Below are positions 1 to 12,419 of a DNA stretch of 64,000 nt, one piece after another. Each line of letters starts with the position of its first letter. Within the stretch, counting starts at the first letter, position 1. Source of the stretch: Oopsacas minuta (taxonomy: Eukaryota; Animalia; Porifera). The stretch lies in contig JAKMXF010000066.1 of the NCBI GenBank assembly GCA_024704765.1, positions 434,001-498,000 on the forward strand, written 5' to 3'. The notes under the pieces were generated by a model. It was not told where the DNA came from. It saw only the letters and a list, made by a program, of their open reading frames with translations, and did not search any database. A program made the position numbers and the translations under genes.

Positions 1-374
1 TCTCAATATCCCTTTTGTTACTGCCATAGGCATGTCTCTGTATTAGTGAAGTTCGTGTAATGTTCTTTACTTTCAAGTGATGCGACTTCCCCTATTTAAT
101 TAGCTGCCTTAGCCAATCCCATCGAAATACTATACTACATCTACAATTTCAGTGAAACATTATACGTATTTTATAAGATACACCCCCTATCAATTCGTCT
201 CTTCAGTAATATTTCCGATCTATATAATTGGCTCTTAAGTTCATTAGTTTAAACTATAAGCATGAACTCATAAGCTAGATCACCTCAAATATGAACTCAA
301 TATTAGTGAACTAAGGCACATAAAAGGAGTAATTACCGTTAAATTTACTATAATTATAATTTCAAATAATAGCA

Positions 375-393
375 CAACAACAACAACAACAAC
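375..393 (+). repeat. (CAA)n microsatellite, about 6 units, in the 5' flank of the 3CxxC gene
   Basis: caacaacaacaacaacaac ending 3 nt before the ATG at 397. Confidence 0.85.
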
Positions 394-396
394 ATC

Positions 397-834
397 ATGG
401 CTCAGAGATACAATTCATTCACCCTTCATGCCCATTGCAAACATGTACCACACTTGAATGCTCAGGGAGAAACTTTCGATTGGTCTCATAAGCCGAAGCC
501 ACCAGGTAGATTTTTCGGGAGATTTAAATGCGATACCTGCACACATGAGTGGGCTAGTGCTTGGACCTGGCTAGGTAGAGGTCAGAAGTGCAGAAATTGT
601 ACTGATACTTTTGGTTGGCAGGCGGTAGCGTACACCATCCCCTACGAGGTAGACCCGCTAATGAGACGACCTCCCGGACCACGAGTTCATCGCAAAAAGC
701 CAGATCACTACTACCAAAACTGTGAGTACTGTGCTGAACTGTGTGGCTCTCCTAGGAGGAAACCTTCTCACCATGCGTGTGGGAAAGGGAGATCTGGAGA
801 TGTAGAGTTCCCAAGACCTTTCGGACGTAATTAG
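397..834 (+). CDS. Stand-alone 3CxxC-type zinc-finger protein (ZCCHC24/ZAR1/RTP-like domain), 145 aa, single exon
   Basis: RFFGRFKCDTCTHEWASAWTWLGRGQKCRNC...HYYQNCEYC matches the FGxFxCxxC..W.S..W...Q.CxxC...H....CxxC pattern of 3CxxC domains; paralog at 9807-10217. Confidence 0.75.
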   Translation: MAQRYNSFTLHAHCKHVPHLNAQGETFDWSHKPKPPGRFFGRFKCDTCTHEWASAWTWLGRGQKCRNCTDTFGWQAVAYTIPYEVDPLMRRPPGPRVHRKKPDHYYQNCEYCAELCGSPRRKPSHHACGKGRSGDVEFPRPFGRN

Positions 835-1169
835 GCTACTAAGTGTTTCTAACTCACTCTCTTTTCTATCTAATATCTTGTTTCTTATAGTTACTAAGTG
901 TTATGCTATTCTCTTGTTCAACGTGAATGAACTTTCTTTTACCTTTCAGCGTATATTAATGAATAACTTAGTTATTTGTATATACAATTTGAGTATAGAT
1001 TGTCAAATTTATTGACAGCTCTGATAAGATTACTGATAATAGTTGGGATACAAAAATATGATAGTAATTATTATTAATTAATGAGTTCTCTAAATGTGTA
1101 AGTTTTGTAATGTATATTGTGTCTGAACCACCTGATTCTTGTAAGTGAAAGCTGTAATAAATATAACTT

Positions 1170-1595
1170 TCATATTCTCTCAGTATACAGCTCTATCCCC
1201 ATGCTAGATAATTCTTTCTGTATATGCTTGCCTTCTTCTTCAAATAGTTTCCTTAATCTTTCCTTACGGTCTCGTATCAGTACTTGATTTGCGATACTAA
1301 CTTCTCCATCCATTTGTTTCTGTTTTCTTAACATAGTCCTCTCTCTGCATTTACTTTCTCTGTCGTTTGTCCATTTAGATAGAAGTTCTTTCCTTTCTCT
1401 CTCGTGTTTCTGTTGCTCAAAAGCCAACAGTTCTTTCTCCTTCATAGCCCGTTCATATGTCTTATGTGTGTTTATTATAGGGCTAGCTGGAGGTTTAGAT
1501 TTATCATAGATGTAGTTGCTTGAAAATTCGGTCATTAACGTAGGTTTCTTCAGTGATTTCATCATACCTATTCTTTCCTGGAATGTTTTGAACAT
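1170..1595 (-). CDS. CFAP141: CFAP141 (C1orf189)-like axonemal protein, 141 aa
   Basis: C-terminal EVSIANQVLIRDRKERLRKLFEEEGKHIQKELSSMGIELYTERI resembles the C1orf189 C-terminus as recalled ([44 protein letters not shown]). Confidence 0.6.
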   Translation of the reverse strand: MFKTFQERIGMMKSLKKPTLMTEFSSNYIYDKSKPPASPIINTHKTYERAMKEKELLAFEQQKHERERKELLSKWTNDRESKCRERTMLRKQKQMDGEVSIANQVLIRDRKERLRKLFEEEGKHIQKELSSMGIELYTERI

Positions 1596-2548
1596 TTCTT
1601 ATATGCAATTTGTAATAAAGTTATGGATAGATGCCTAATTGACTGCTCTTTGTAAGCGCCTTCTGTAATTAACTAATGATTCTCGGAAAGACGAGTAAAT
1701 TGTTTGCGAATGAGTATTTTTGCTATATTTATAGTTACCAAATGAACTCTATTTCCTCTATGATTTGATTTGTGTCCGTCTGCTAGAGCCAGCTAGGCTA
1801 AGTCACGTCTTACTCAATTATGTCCCAAATTAGCTACTAAATCATTTCTCTAATATTCATCAACTTTATATGTGTTAATTAGTTTAAAAACTTAAGTAAT
1901 ATGATTAAGTTTCTGATTTAAGGGTATTATTATTGGAATTAAAGTTATAAATGTGCTTTCTATGCATTAATTTGTGTTACATTTTATTATTTGTAAAATA
2001 AGGTCTGAGTACAATATTATAATTATTTATTAAATATGGCTCATTTATTATAAATTCTAATTTTAGATCTCATCTATTGAAGCATATTGAATTATTGGAT
2101 TATATAAAGTGCAATTCTTATCTCTTATTGAGCATAGTTTATTTATTTTTAGTAACACTATATCGTTACACGGATGTGGGTGGTTATTGTGAACACTAAC
2201 TGTCGTTGAACCTTGCTAAGCATTTGTATTAATGAAAGACTACTTCAATTGATTTTGAATTTGATCTGGATCATATGGGAAATGTTTATTGGGCCAGCTA
2301 CTTGATTCGTAATAAGCGGAAAAATTTAGTGACTCTAGCTTGTGCTAAATCAACTTTGCATGGCTAAATCTCCAAAAAGTATAAGTCAGTTTTATATGCT
2401 AAAAATGGAAGATATCTCGTTCAGAGTACCTTCTTCCTCAAAAATTGTGCCTCGGGATAATTCGTTACACCATAATTACACGATATTGGCGCCTTAACTA
2501 TGTACATTTCTATTTTACACTAATATTTTAGAATTTTGTTAGAATCCT

Positions 2549-5500
2549 ATGAGTGATAAAAAGCTTGACATCTACACAGTCCATGCATACAAGAAGCTAT
2601 CACGTATAAGACCTGCTCTCCCAATAAAACTCTTAGATGCATGCCACGAGGTTGGAGTAAATACATGTAAGGTAGAACTATCATGTTTCTAGACAACATG
2701 CTTACATTTATTATTATTGATGTTATTTATCTGTTGATATAGCTCTAGTTAATATCTAAGTTCATTCTCGAGTATGAGCAAATGGTCAAGGTAATTATCA
2801 CGTTAATTATTAACCTAGTCACAATATTGTATGTATTTGTAGGATTTTCTTCTACAATTCCCTCTTACTCTTATGAAGCAGGTTGATATTGATTATCAAG
2901 AGTATATCACTTTAAACAGAATTATTTCTAGATCGATATCTCCATCCTCTTCTACGGTAAATACACTGTACATTATATTCATGTCTTATTTGTCAAGCTT
3001 GCCCTGGCAACAATATTTTGGTATTCGAATAATGTCGTATATATATTTATAGTAGTTATCAGCATGTAATACTGTATAAGCTATTGGTGTTAGCTAATTA
3101 GCTCAAATATTTGTTTACCTGTTTATCTGATGTATTGATCTATTTGTTTTTCGACTGAGTAATATATAAGATCGAAATTGGGCTTACCCCATGTATTGTG
3201 TATACTAAACTTCTCGTATGACTTCATTCATGGAATTATTTGGTTAGATATTATCTCTACTTCAAACAAGTGAATCTTCATTGAGAACTACATTGAAACA
3301 AGTAGACTCTATCCTACATGGAGGGCTACCACCTGGTATTATTACGGAAGTGAGTTATAAAGTTATTTGATACAGAAATTTATAAAACTGGAATCATAAC
3401 GTTGTATACAATCATTGTGTCCACTAAAATGTTTATAAAACATTTTCGCTTATTCATCCTCTTCATTGTGCTTCCTTTTTCATTGGGTCACTCTTAACCT
3501 CCATCATCGCTATATCTAGATGTAAATAAGCATACTGAATAGTTTAATTTGGCAAATAGTACACAACTTACTTTCTGCTTGGTTTCCCACTACATTATTC
3601 TCTTCTAAATTTTCTCCACTCTCTCCTATACGATAAATAGTGTATGCATTGATTCTACATTTTTGACAGGGTACACTCAGTATAAGGTCAAGTAACATTT
3701 AAAATCAGTTTCGTACTAAATAAGAGTTTCACTAACCTTTGAATTTGTCAATGTATGGAGCAAACGGATCGAGTATTCCTGGATGTTTCTTTGCGAGAGT
3801 TTTCTTAAATTCTTCTGCTCTCTGCCCCGCTTCTGTAAGCCTCGTTTCTGTCTCAACGGTTGTCTCTCCATCTTTAATATCTTTATCTCGAAATAGGACC
3901 AAGAAGAGTCGTGGGCCAAAGAATGCCAAAAGAATCGTTGCAGCTATCAGCATTAAACATATGTTTTGCACCAAACGTCTGTAGATAACGAACTCACCAC
4001 TCAATAGAAAGAATATTATCACATTAGCAAACATTATTACGATTAAAGAGAATGAAGAGTACATTATATGCACTGATTCGCGATAATTCTTGGGATAAGT
4101 ACGTGTAAGAATCGCGAAAAATAGCAGGATAACGACGGATAGAATAAACATAGCGTAAATGATGATAGTAAATGCATCATGAGGATCCATACAGGTTAGC
4201 TGGTGTATTGGTGTCCCTAGAATTGTAGGTTGAAATACAAGAATTTCTATTACCTGTTGCTTAGTAGAAAATGATATAATAACGATAACCAATACTACAA
4301 CTACTGGAATGATTGAGAATGCTATCTGCCATTGCCAACTTAGGAACCTTTTCGTATGGACGTTCTGTTTTGTAATGAATATACGTACAATTCGTATTAT
4401 CTTCATTAACAGTGGGAATATTAAAAGAGATAATGATGACCAATACAACAGGCTCCATATTGTACATGTGTATATTAGCGGTTTTGCTATTGTAAAGAAT
4501 GCTAGGATGAAACATATACCAGCTCCTATAAGCATCAAGATACAGTGCTCACGTCCGGAATAACGTATAACTTTATGATTCCATTTCACAAGATAGATAA
4601 TGCTAACGACAGCCCATCCAACGAATCCTATTAATGATATTACAAGGAATACCCATGCCCACCATGTATCGTAGTTAAGTGACAGTGTTTCTATGACCAC
4701 ACATGCTGTATTGTTACCAAACGGATTGTTACCCCATTGGCCATCAGGACAAGTTTTACAGTTCAATGCAAAGGTATTTGAACTGTACGTATTGCTTCTA
4801 CAAGGTTCACAGGTCCAGCAGCATAGATCTGTTTCTGCTTGGAATATTGTTTCGAATCCAGGCTTACAAGGAGCTATACCACCACAGTAAGATGTTACGT
4901 TATCTGTTGGGTTGTAACCTTTAATGTCTAGTCTCTTGCCTTCTCTCGCTGCATCCCAGGTTCCTATTTCTTTGAAGTTAATGTCTGAATTGTATTTGTA
5001 GTTATAGATTGCGTATTTTGCTTGTCCATCTCCAGATTCGTCGAAAAACACGAAATCCCGTGTTGTGCCTGTGAAATTAACTTTATACAAGGCATCCCGG
5101 AGAGTCTCTCCTCCTATTTTTATAAAATCATTTCCATTCTTTTCCTTACACATTTGATCGTGGGATATATTATAAGGCTGTTCACAGTTCTCTTTCAACA
5201 CAATATCAAGCGCACTAGCCAAAGCATAGGTTGCATCATATGTAAATGGGACTATATTATTCTGTTGATAGTCACTGGTACTTGCATCGGCTATCGAATT
5301 AGGACATTTCAAAGTTGTATTCATTGTATCGTATTCACAGTTAAAACGCTCACGGAAATATCCACAGAACCAGAGATCATTTGTTATAGCATAAGGATTA
5401 ATATTTGTAAAATACTCTGTGAAGTTTTGGAATTCTTGAGCGAATGGTGCAACCCCAATAAACCCGTCAACAAATTCTTCTACTCCCTCTATCGCGTCTT

Positions 5501-8500
5501 CTGACGTAGCCCACGCATCACTTGCTATCCACACAATACGTGTTCTATTGGGAATATTATTTGTGATGTAATCTCTAACTGCTGTGATTATCCTATTTGC
5601 ATCTGAGGTAATACAGAAGCAGACTACTATATTTGCATTAGAGATAGCTACACGCATTGCTAATCCATTTAACATTTCATCATCTTCCGGTATCGGAGAT
5701 TCCACATCCAAGCAAGTTTCGTTATTCGCATCTACAGCTCTGCTGAAAGCTTCTACTCCAGGCGTACCGTATGTTGATTGTGTGTAGAGAGCATTTAGAA
5801 ACCTATAGAACATTTAATGTGGATTGAATAAATACATGCAGTCAACTCCCGTTACAAGGTGCTGCGAAAATGCGAAAATTCGATAATATCGGAGTTCGAT
5901 GTAACCGATAAAATTATGTTACTTTGACGATTGGGGGCCATATTTGTCAATATCGATATATCACCATTACCTCCATCCGAAGTTATTGATAATATCAAGC
6001 ATTGCTAATGCTTGGAAGGTATCAGGTGCTACTGTCCTAAAGAAGTAATCGTATCTATCAGTATCACTTAGCAATGCACTAGTGGAGGCGTAGCTAATCT
6101 GAGGAATGTTAAATACCCTCAGAAAGCTAGCTATTGGGACTGAAACGGAGCTGCTAGCTGCTCCTATCACACCGATAGGAATTCCACTCAGGTTTCCACT
6201 GCTGAACTCAGATTGTACCAATGAGATTGCTTCCTCTATGCCTACAGTCTCCTGGCCGCATGTGTCTCGCATGTCATATCCAATAGTGATACCTGTCAAA
6301 TTATATTTACAATATATTATTGCACCAAAATCACTTTTAGGATAATTTGCAAATAAAATTTTTAAGGCACAATCACATTATATTTGCCCAATTCTTACGC
6401 TCAAAATTACAAGAACTTAATTCAGTTGTGATCTTTGCGAATATTTGGAGAAAAAAGTAGTAAATACCCGTTAAGTATTTTGTTCTAAATTTAGAAACTC
6501 TAATTGTTATTAAGTAAATATAATTATGCTGGATACCTGGTAGGAAATTGGTATCTTCATTGATGAGCTGAATTGCTCTGATCATAGATTCCATTCTCTC
6601 AACACCTTTCTCTAATTGGTACTCTAAACAGCCTGCTAGTTTGATTGGAAAGAGTCCTGCAAATACGAAATCCGCATTTTCCAAATTCGTAACCTTGTCA
6701 ACTAATTGATCATCTACATCTGCACAAGATTGTTGTGCTGCAGATTGTATTGAAAATATAATACACAATGCAGATGCTAGAAATATGAGTTTCATTGTGA
6801 ATATGTTGTTATACCAGGCCTAAATGAATTTATATTGGCAACTGCTTGCTACCTTTCTCAAATTACCTTTTTATTTGTTAGAGTATGTTGATGGGATATA
6901 TTGTTCATAGTGTAATATTTTATATTCTTTCAATAACAGTGAAAGCAGAATCATAGAACATGTCTAGGATAATGGTTATAATCATTATACAACAAACTTG
7001 TTGTTAGAACCGTATATTATTATTTTGAATCATACAAGGCTAAATTTGATAACAACAGGTTTGTTGTATTATGATTGGTACATTTGTACTTTATACTAAT
7101 ACCCCAGCAACCTCATAATTGACTTCACTAAAAAGTTGGCGTTAGTTTATTAACATTACTGTTCGTGTTATATCCATTGTTACTTGTTTAATGATCTTTT
7201 TCAAATTTTAGCAAAAGAAATGCACTATCCGGGAGTCGAACCCGGGTCGCAAGAATGGGAATCTTACATGCTACCCCTACACCAATAGTGCTATAAGTCT
7301 TTATTTTAATTCTGATATTTATTAAACTATGTTCACTTAGGGTACGCAGGTTGCCTAATTCAAGCCCTGTGTCCATTGTATGATTACGGTCACACTTTGG
7401 ATGTTTTGAAAGTATACGCTATCCTGAGCGGATCGTAATCATCGTATGACACTTTATTTAACATGCTACCGTTTCATCAATATTAAAATTTCATTTGTAT
7501 ATTCATAGCATTCTCTTGTATATTATTCGAATGATACATATGATATTCAATTTTTGTATAGATAACTGGTCCAGCTGGTTGTGGAAAGACTCAATTATGT
7601 CTCCAGCTTTCTATAATTGCAGCTTTGCCTATAGAATCTGGAGGCCTCAATACCAATGTATTGTATCTAGATTCAGAAAGTACCTTCAGTGCTACAAGGT
7701 ACTCGCTATCAATATTTTTGAATGAATACCAAATTTCCAGTCATACATTCCTTCCTCTCTAGATTGTTAGAAATTGCTGCCAACAGATTTCCCGAACACT
7801 TAACTGGAGAAAATAGTATGAACACGTTATCAAAGAGAATTCTTGTCTATACCATCAATAATTATGATTCATTAACTGCCAGGTAGTGTTTACACCCTTT
7901 ACATTATATATTACTTTGCTATTCACCTTTTGTGTCTTATGCGTAGCTCCATATGGTAGTATGTAGACATGATTACACCATTAAGAATCCCTCAATAGAA
8001 GATTATTGTCAATGGTTGGCATTTATTTGGTTTTAACCTTTGGAGCTAATATATGATTATGAGGGTATAACACCTTCAAACCTTGAATACAACCACTAAA
8101 TTTTCATAAGGAATAATTAACAGTGACATCGAGTTCATATGAAATTACAGATATCGGGAAAAAACACGAATGCTACTTTGGAGATTAAATTTAGCCAAGA
8201 AGTAGCGACAATTTTAGGAAGAAAATGCGAGAATCCTTCGCATACCAATTTGTCTAAAATTCCCATTCTTAGATTTGCACTATTTGGCTAATCCACATAG
8301 CTTGAATTATTTATATATTGTGATTGGTATATTTCATTTTTCCTGTTATATTAGTTTAGATAAGATTGAAGAGACACTGATTCGAGGTAAAGTAGGATTG
8401 ATAGTGTTAGATAGTGTGGCTAGCGTGATACGAGCAGAATTCCATGGAGATGATTCTGTTAAGTTAAGTACAGGAGTGTCCAGACTGGCTGCTACACTCA

Positions 8501-9272
8501 AGTATCTTGCTGATACATTCAGAATACCTGTAAGTAGTACAAGTATATGGTGTTAAATCTCGCCGCCAATCAGTACCGTAGACAAAGCAACAGATTTGAA
8601 AGTATCTGGTGAATTCGGCAATATTCAATCATTAAATATTTCGTAAAATTCGCGTTTGGAATCTTATCTACTATTGTCTTATTCGAATATGTTAAACTGT
8701 TCTTCTGAAAACTATTGGTACGAATTTAAATATTTTTAATCCTTTTTTGTAAAATGGGAGTTATCTTATCTCTGGTTATAGGTTATAGTTACTAACCAGA
8801 TAACACATGCATCTGTCCCATATCAAGATATATTACATGATCCCACATTGTCAGAAGGTCAGGAGAGTTTACAGGCTACTGCTGCTCTCGGATTGACTTG
8901 GTCACATTCAGTTAACATTAGAATTATACTACAATATTGGCGAGAGGACGTTAAAACCGTTAGTTAGTATTTTATGTTTGCATGATCCAAGTTAAAACTA
9001 AACTTTGCTTCCTAAAATTACATACATACCATCTTTATGAAAGTTGCAAAATGTAAAGATTACATTGAATTTGATTATCCTTCTAACTATTGGTTTCTTA
9101 CTTGAGCTTTTGAATTTAGTTTACTATTGCAAAGTCGCCCTATACAGCCAATGTAACGTATCCTTATACAATTAAGAGAGAGGGGATTGTTATAGAGACA
9201 GACCTCCAAGGTATGACTGTCTATTATGTTTGTAATACGATATACTTGTTTGTCTTTTCAGTAGTATTGTGA
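2549..9272 (+). CDS. RAD51B: DNA repair protein RAD51 homolog B, 9 exons, 349 aa
   Basis: Exons 2549-2671, 2843-2956, 3248-3349, 7562-7698, 7763-7882, 8355-8529, 8782-8958, 9120-9210, 9262-9272, all GT-AG and in phase. Motifs LHGGLPPGIITE|ITGPAGCGKTQLC (Walker A), LIVLDSVASVIRAEF, LKYLADTFRIP|VIVTNQ, ALGLTWSHSVN, IAKSP are RAD51B-like. Confidence 0.92.
3732..6795 (-). CDS. Metabotropic glutamate receptor-like class C GPCR, 3 exons, 883 aa, nested antisense in RAD51B intron 3
   Basis: Exons 6795-6537, 6292-5971, 5802-3732 join in frame (2652 nt). Signal peptide; Venus flytrap motifs GLFP, GVERMESM, IGAASSSVS, PQISYASTS, FFRTVAPD, ASDAW; Cys-rich CCWTCEPC; 7TM with P.NYRES. Confidence 0.93.
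5839..5960 (+). mobile_element. MITE family A, partial copy in mGluR intron 2
   Basis: cagtcaactcccgtta left end plus internal motif gttactttgacgattgggggccatatttg. Confidence 0.65.
7221..7291 (-). tRNA. tRNA-Gly (anticodon CCC)
   Basis: Reverse complement GCACTATTGGTGTAGGGGTAGCATGTAAGATTCCCATTCTTGCGACCCGGGTTCGACTCCCGGATAGTGCA: acceptor stem GCACTAT/ATAGTGC, anticodon loop TT-CCC-AT, T-loop GTTCGAC. Confidence 0.95.
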
Positions 9273-9806
9273 GGCCTAGTTTAGAGCTTTTTTTTCACTG
9301 GAGGGAGTGTCTTTTGCTCTATACCTCCCATATTATGAATCAGTTAAAATCAGTGTAATTCAATATTATTTTTCCCCCAAAAACAGTCAAACAAATTTGC
9401 AATCGTATTTGTTATTCAGTGATTAGCTAAGACACTATTAGCACTATGTTCACACCTATCATTTGTATTTGAACCAATCATAGCTTAAATGTACAGTTAA
9501 TAACAATCCATGTTACTCACTTGAAAAGAGTAGCCTTTAGAGTAGCCATCACTTGTTTCATAGTAAAATTTATCAGAAAGATGAGTTACAAAGTAGTTGT
9601 GTAGATATTTCAGTAGCTATCAATGCGCTCACCAGATAATTACTCTTGCGATCATTCTATTGCTTTTCTATTAATAATTTCAAAATTTATCCTTTAATTA
9701 ATTTGAATACGAAATTCCACAAACATACAAATGCACCACTTACATGTATCAGGACAAATTGTAACACCTCGATGCCATGCACATTAACAGTTATATAACA
9801 AAAATT

Positions 9807-10217
9807 TTACTTAATAGTTGCGTGGTGATAAGAACCGTATTCTGAAAATGGGATTTTAGTACAGTTTTTTCTCCGTTCAATACAGTATCCACATTTTGTA
9901 CGATCATGCTTTGTACAAGTTGATGACGTCTTTGTAACTTGTACCTTTCTCTCTTCTCTTGTTCGTAATTCCTCAACATTCAACGGAGGGATTAGATTAT
10001 CACAAATCTTACATTTCTGCCCTCTGCCCAGCCAAATGTACGCTGAAGTCCAAGTGTTCAATTCACAGTGTTTATTTGGACATGTAAACCTACCGTAAAA
10101 TCTAGCTGGTTTTAACGGTTTCTTGCTCCAGTTTAGTCTTAACAATTCTCCATCTTTCTTCTTCATCTGAACTGCAAAGATTTTTCTCTCCCTCTCCGAA
10201 TCCAATTTAGCCATCAT
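9807..10217 (-). CDS. Second stand-alone 3CxxC-type zinc-finger protein, 136 aa, single exon
   Basis: WSKKPLKPARFYGRFTCPNKHC...WTSAYIWLGRGQKCKIC...HDRTKCGYC; shares WLGRGQKC and RF.GRF.C with the ORF at 397-834. Confidence 0.75.
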   Translation of the reverse strand: MMAKLDSERERKIFAVQMKKKDGELLRLNWSKKPLKPARFYGRFTCPNKHCELNTWTSAYIWLGRGQKCKICDNLIPPLNVEELRTREERKVQVTKTSSTCTKHDRTKCGYCIERRKNCTKIPFSEYGSYHHATIK

Positions 10218-11441
10218 TGTGAATATCGACTAATAACTATAATTAACCTCTGTGTACTTTCAATTGACTATGTTTATATAGCATGCAAACTGCAAAGTGG
10301 CTTCCCTGATTATTACTGATACAAAGACTAATTTATACTGATGACCATGCGATGCACAGTACTATTTTAATATACAACATATAAGAATAATTTACAAGAA
10401 TTTTTCTGGATAAACCACATGCTGCCACGTATTAAGACATAATATTATCAGTGAGCCAATCATATTGTGTTACATGGATGCAATATTAATTAAATATTAC
10501 TAGATTACGTATTTATTGGGAGATAATGGAGATGACGATGTCACCATGTGTGCTAAATAGTTAATGAACATTATTATTGAATGGAAAATACATTTATTCA
10601 ATGGGAATCACTAAGAGATATTCTCTAGCTCACATTCCCTAAAGTTATGTGCTTTTTGAGTAAAATATTTTATTCACTAATTGACCTCATCAGCTGTTAT
10701 AGCGTATATCTAATAGATTAAAGGAACTATTCTCTGTTTTAATATCCAAAATACCTGCTAAGTACATATTACATTTTGTAGAATACCAAGCTGGCTTCTC
10801 AGTTCTTAATGCTACTTTCTGTGAGAGCTAGATTGTAAATTGTTTCTAGAAGGATTCATTGATATGCATAGAATATCAAATTGATCACTTCTTGCTCAAG
10901 TACCTATAATTTCATGTATGTGTGTGTTTGTGGGCTATGTAGTCTCCAGTTGATCGAGTAGAACAACCTGGAAGTAAACGAAAAGTGAGGTCTGTAGTAA
11001 GTAATTGATTAATTAAGAATTACGCAATTTACTCCGATTTTTGTGATTAATCGACAATCTGGGTCATGAACATTGCTAATCTCATAAAAATCATACTCTC
11101 TTTGCTTGATTGTTTTATGCGTATAATAATTAATTAAATAATTCTGAAAACCTAATATCCAAAAGCTGATCAATTCCCAAATCTTCATTATAGTGTCGCA
11201 CGAAACGTGGCTAACACGTGACTGAATTACGTATCTTAACTCAATAAATCAAGCGCGGTTGTTAATCATATTTTTCCATACAAACAACTTTATAATCAAA
11301 TTAGTTATCAAACTTACATCCCATAAACAATTTCTTCTCACAAAATTAACTTTAATTATACAAATACGTATTATAGCAAAAAATACTATTATTTCAAGAG
11401 CAAATGACTTATGAATTTTGTGGTTACTGCAAGTGATCCTT

Positions 11442-12419
11442 CTATGCCAGGTGCTTAATTACAACTGTGTGCTCATCAATTTTCGTTGTTCCTTCTACGT
11501 CAATTTCTTTGATCTTTCCAGTGCTGTTACTTTTGAATCTTGTTAACAATGTTGTTTTGAAATTCGACCACTTCAAGTCTCTCAGAGTGTCTTTGTTCAC
11601 TACGAATAGCATTGTGAATCCTAATCCCAATAGAGGCGTGGAAATTGCATGTAATAGATAGAGGGGGAATAATGGATGATTCGGCACTATAACATTCTGT
11701 ATTCTGTTAGCTATTGGGAAGATGTTGATAACTAAGAAGAATATTGGATAGAGAAATAGGGATTTAATCTCATTTCTGATCTTATCTTTTTTCTTATCAT
11801 TTTGTGAGTTGTACAGAGTCCATCTTTTCACTTTGAAAAGCAATTTTACAATTATTATTAAGAATATAATGAAAATGCCTCCTATTATGATCCATAAAGG
11901 AACGTACCAAATTCCAAAGCGTAGGATCTTTCCTGCATACGTCTTATTGGTGATCCAACACCATATACCAGCTGGGCCGTATGATGAGTTTATGAATGGA
12001 AATACAGAGAAACCTATTGGAATCACTACACCGAAAATTACATATCCAATCTCCAGGTATCTATTTGATCGTCTCCCCACTACGACGTTCCAGAAGAGAT
12101 TTACAGTTATGCTACAAACCCATACAACTAGATTCCACCGCAATAACATACGAAAGAATCCTTCTGCAGTACAAGCAGCTGATTCACTCAAATCCAGTCC
12201 CCCTAATGCCAAGGTAATCGCGTCTAACAATGTGGAAATGACTAAATATAGTATCAATCGTTGTGACACGAATTTGTATCTCTGTATAAGGAAAATTAAT
12301 ACTAGTACGATAATAGCACACACAGCAGATAACACTGAAATACTCCTTACTGTAACTTCCACGATTGTACAGTATTCTGTATAGTTTTGGAATAGACAGT
12401 TGTTTGTAATGTTCACCAT
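11442..12419 (-). CDS. cAMP-receptor-like (Dictyostelium CAR / GCR1 / GPR157-type) 7TM GPCR, 325 aa, single exon
   Basis: Seven hydrophobic segments; QRLILYLVIS, ACTAEGFF, SSYGPAGIWCWI, RFGIWYVPLW, LFLYPIFFL motifs are typical of CAR-like receptors. Confidence 0.8.
   Translation of the reverse strand: MVNITNNCLFQNYTEYCTIVEVTVRSISVLSAVCAIIVLVLIFLIQRYKFVSQRLILYLVISTLLDAITLALGGLDLSESAACTAEGFFRMLLRWNLVVWVCSITVNLFWNVVVGRRSNRYLEIGYVIFGVVIPIGFSVFPFINSSYGPAGIWCWITNKTYAGKILRFGIWYVPLWIIIGGIFIIFLIIIVKLLFKVKRWTLYNSQNDKKKDKIRNEIKSLFLYPIFFLVINIFPIANRIQNVIVPNHPLFPLYLLHAISTPLLGLGFTMLFVVNKDTLRDLKWSNFKTTLLTRFKSNSTGKIKEIDVEGTTKIDEHTVVIKHLA

Noticed and set aside
2743-2790. Apparent AG...GT mini-exon in RAD51B intron 1
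   Set aside because: Contains an in-frame TAG; exons 1 and 2 already join in phase and match RAD51B
3739-5787. Plus-strand ORFs of 65-160 aa overlapping the mGluR gene
   Set aside because: Antisense shadows of the long mGluR exon with no recognisable domains
7188-7376. 62-aa ORF on the minus strand
   Set aside because: Overlaps the tRNA-Gly gene; spurious translation
11809-12384. 191-aa plus-strand ORF
   Set aside because: Antisense to the GPCR, no motif; hydrophobic-codon shadow
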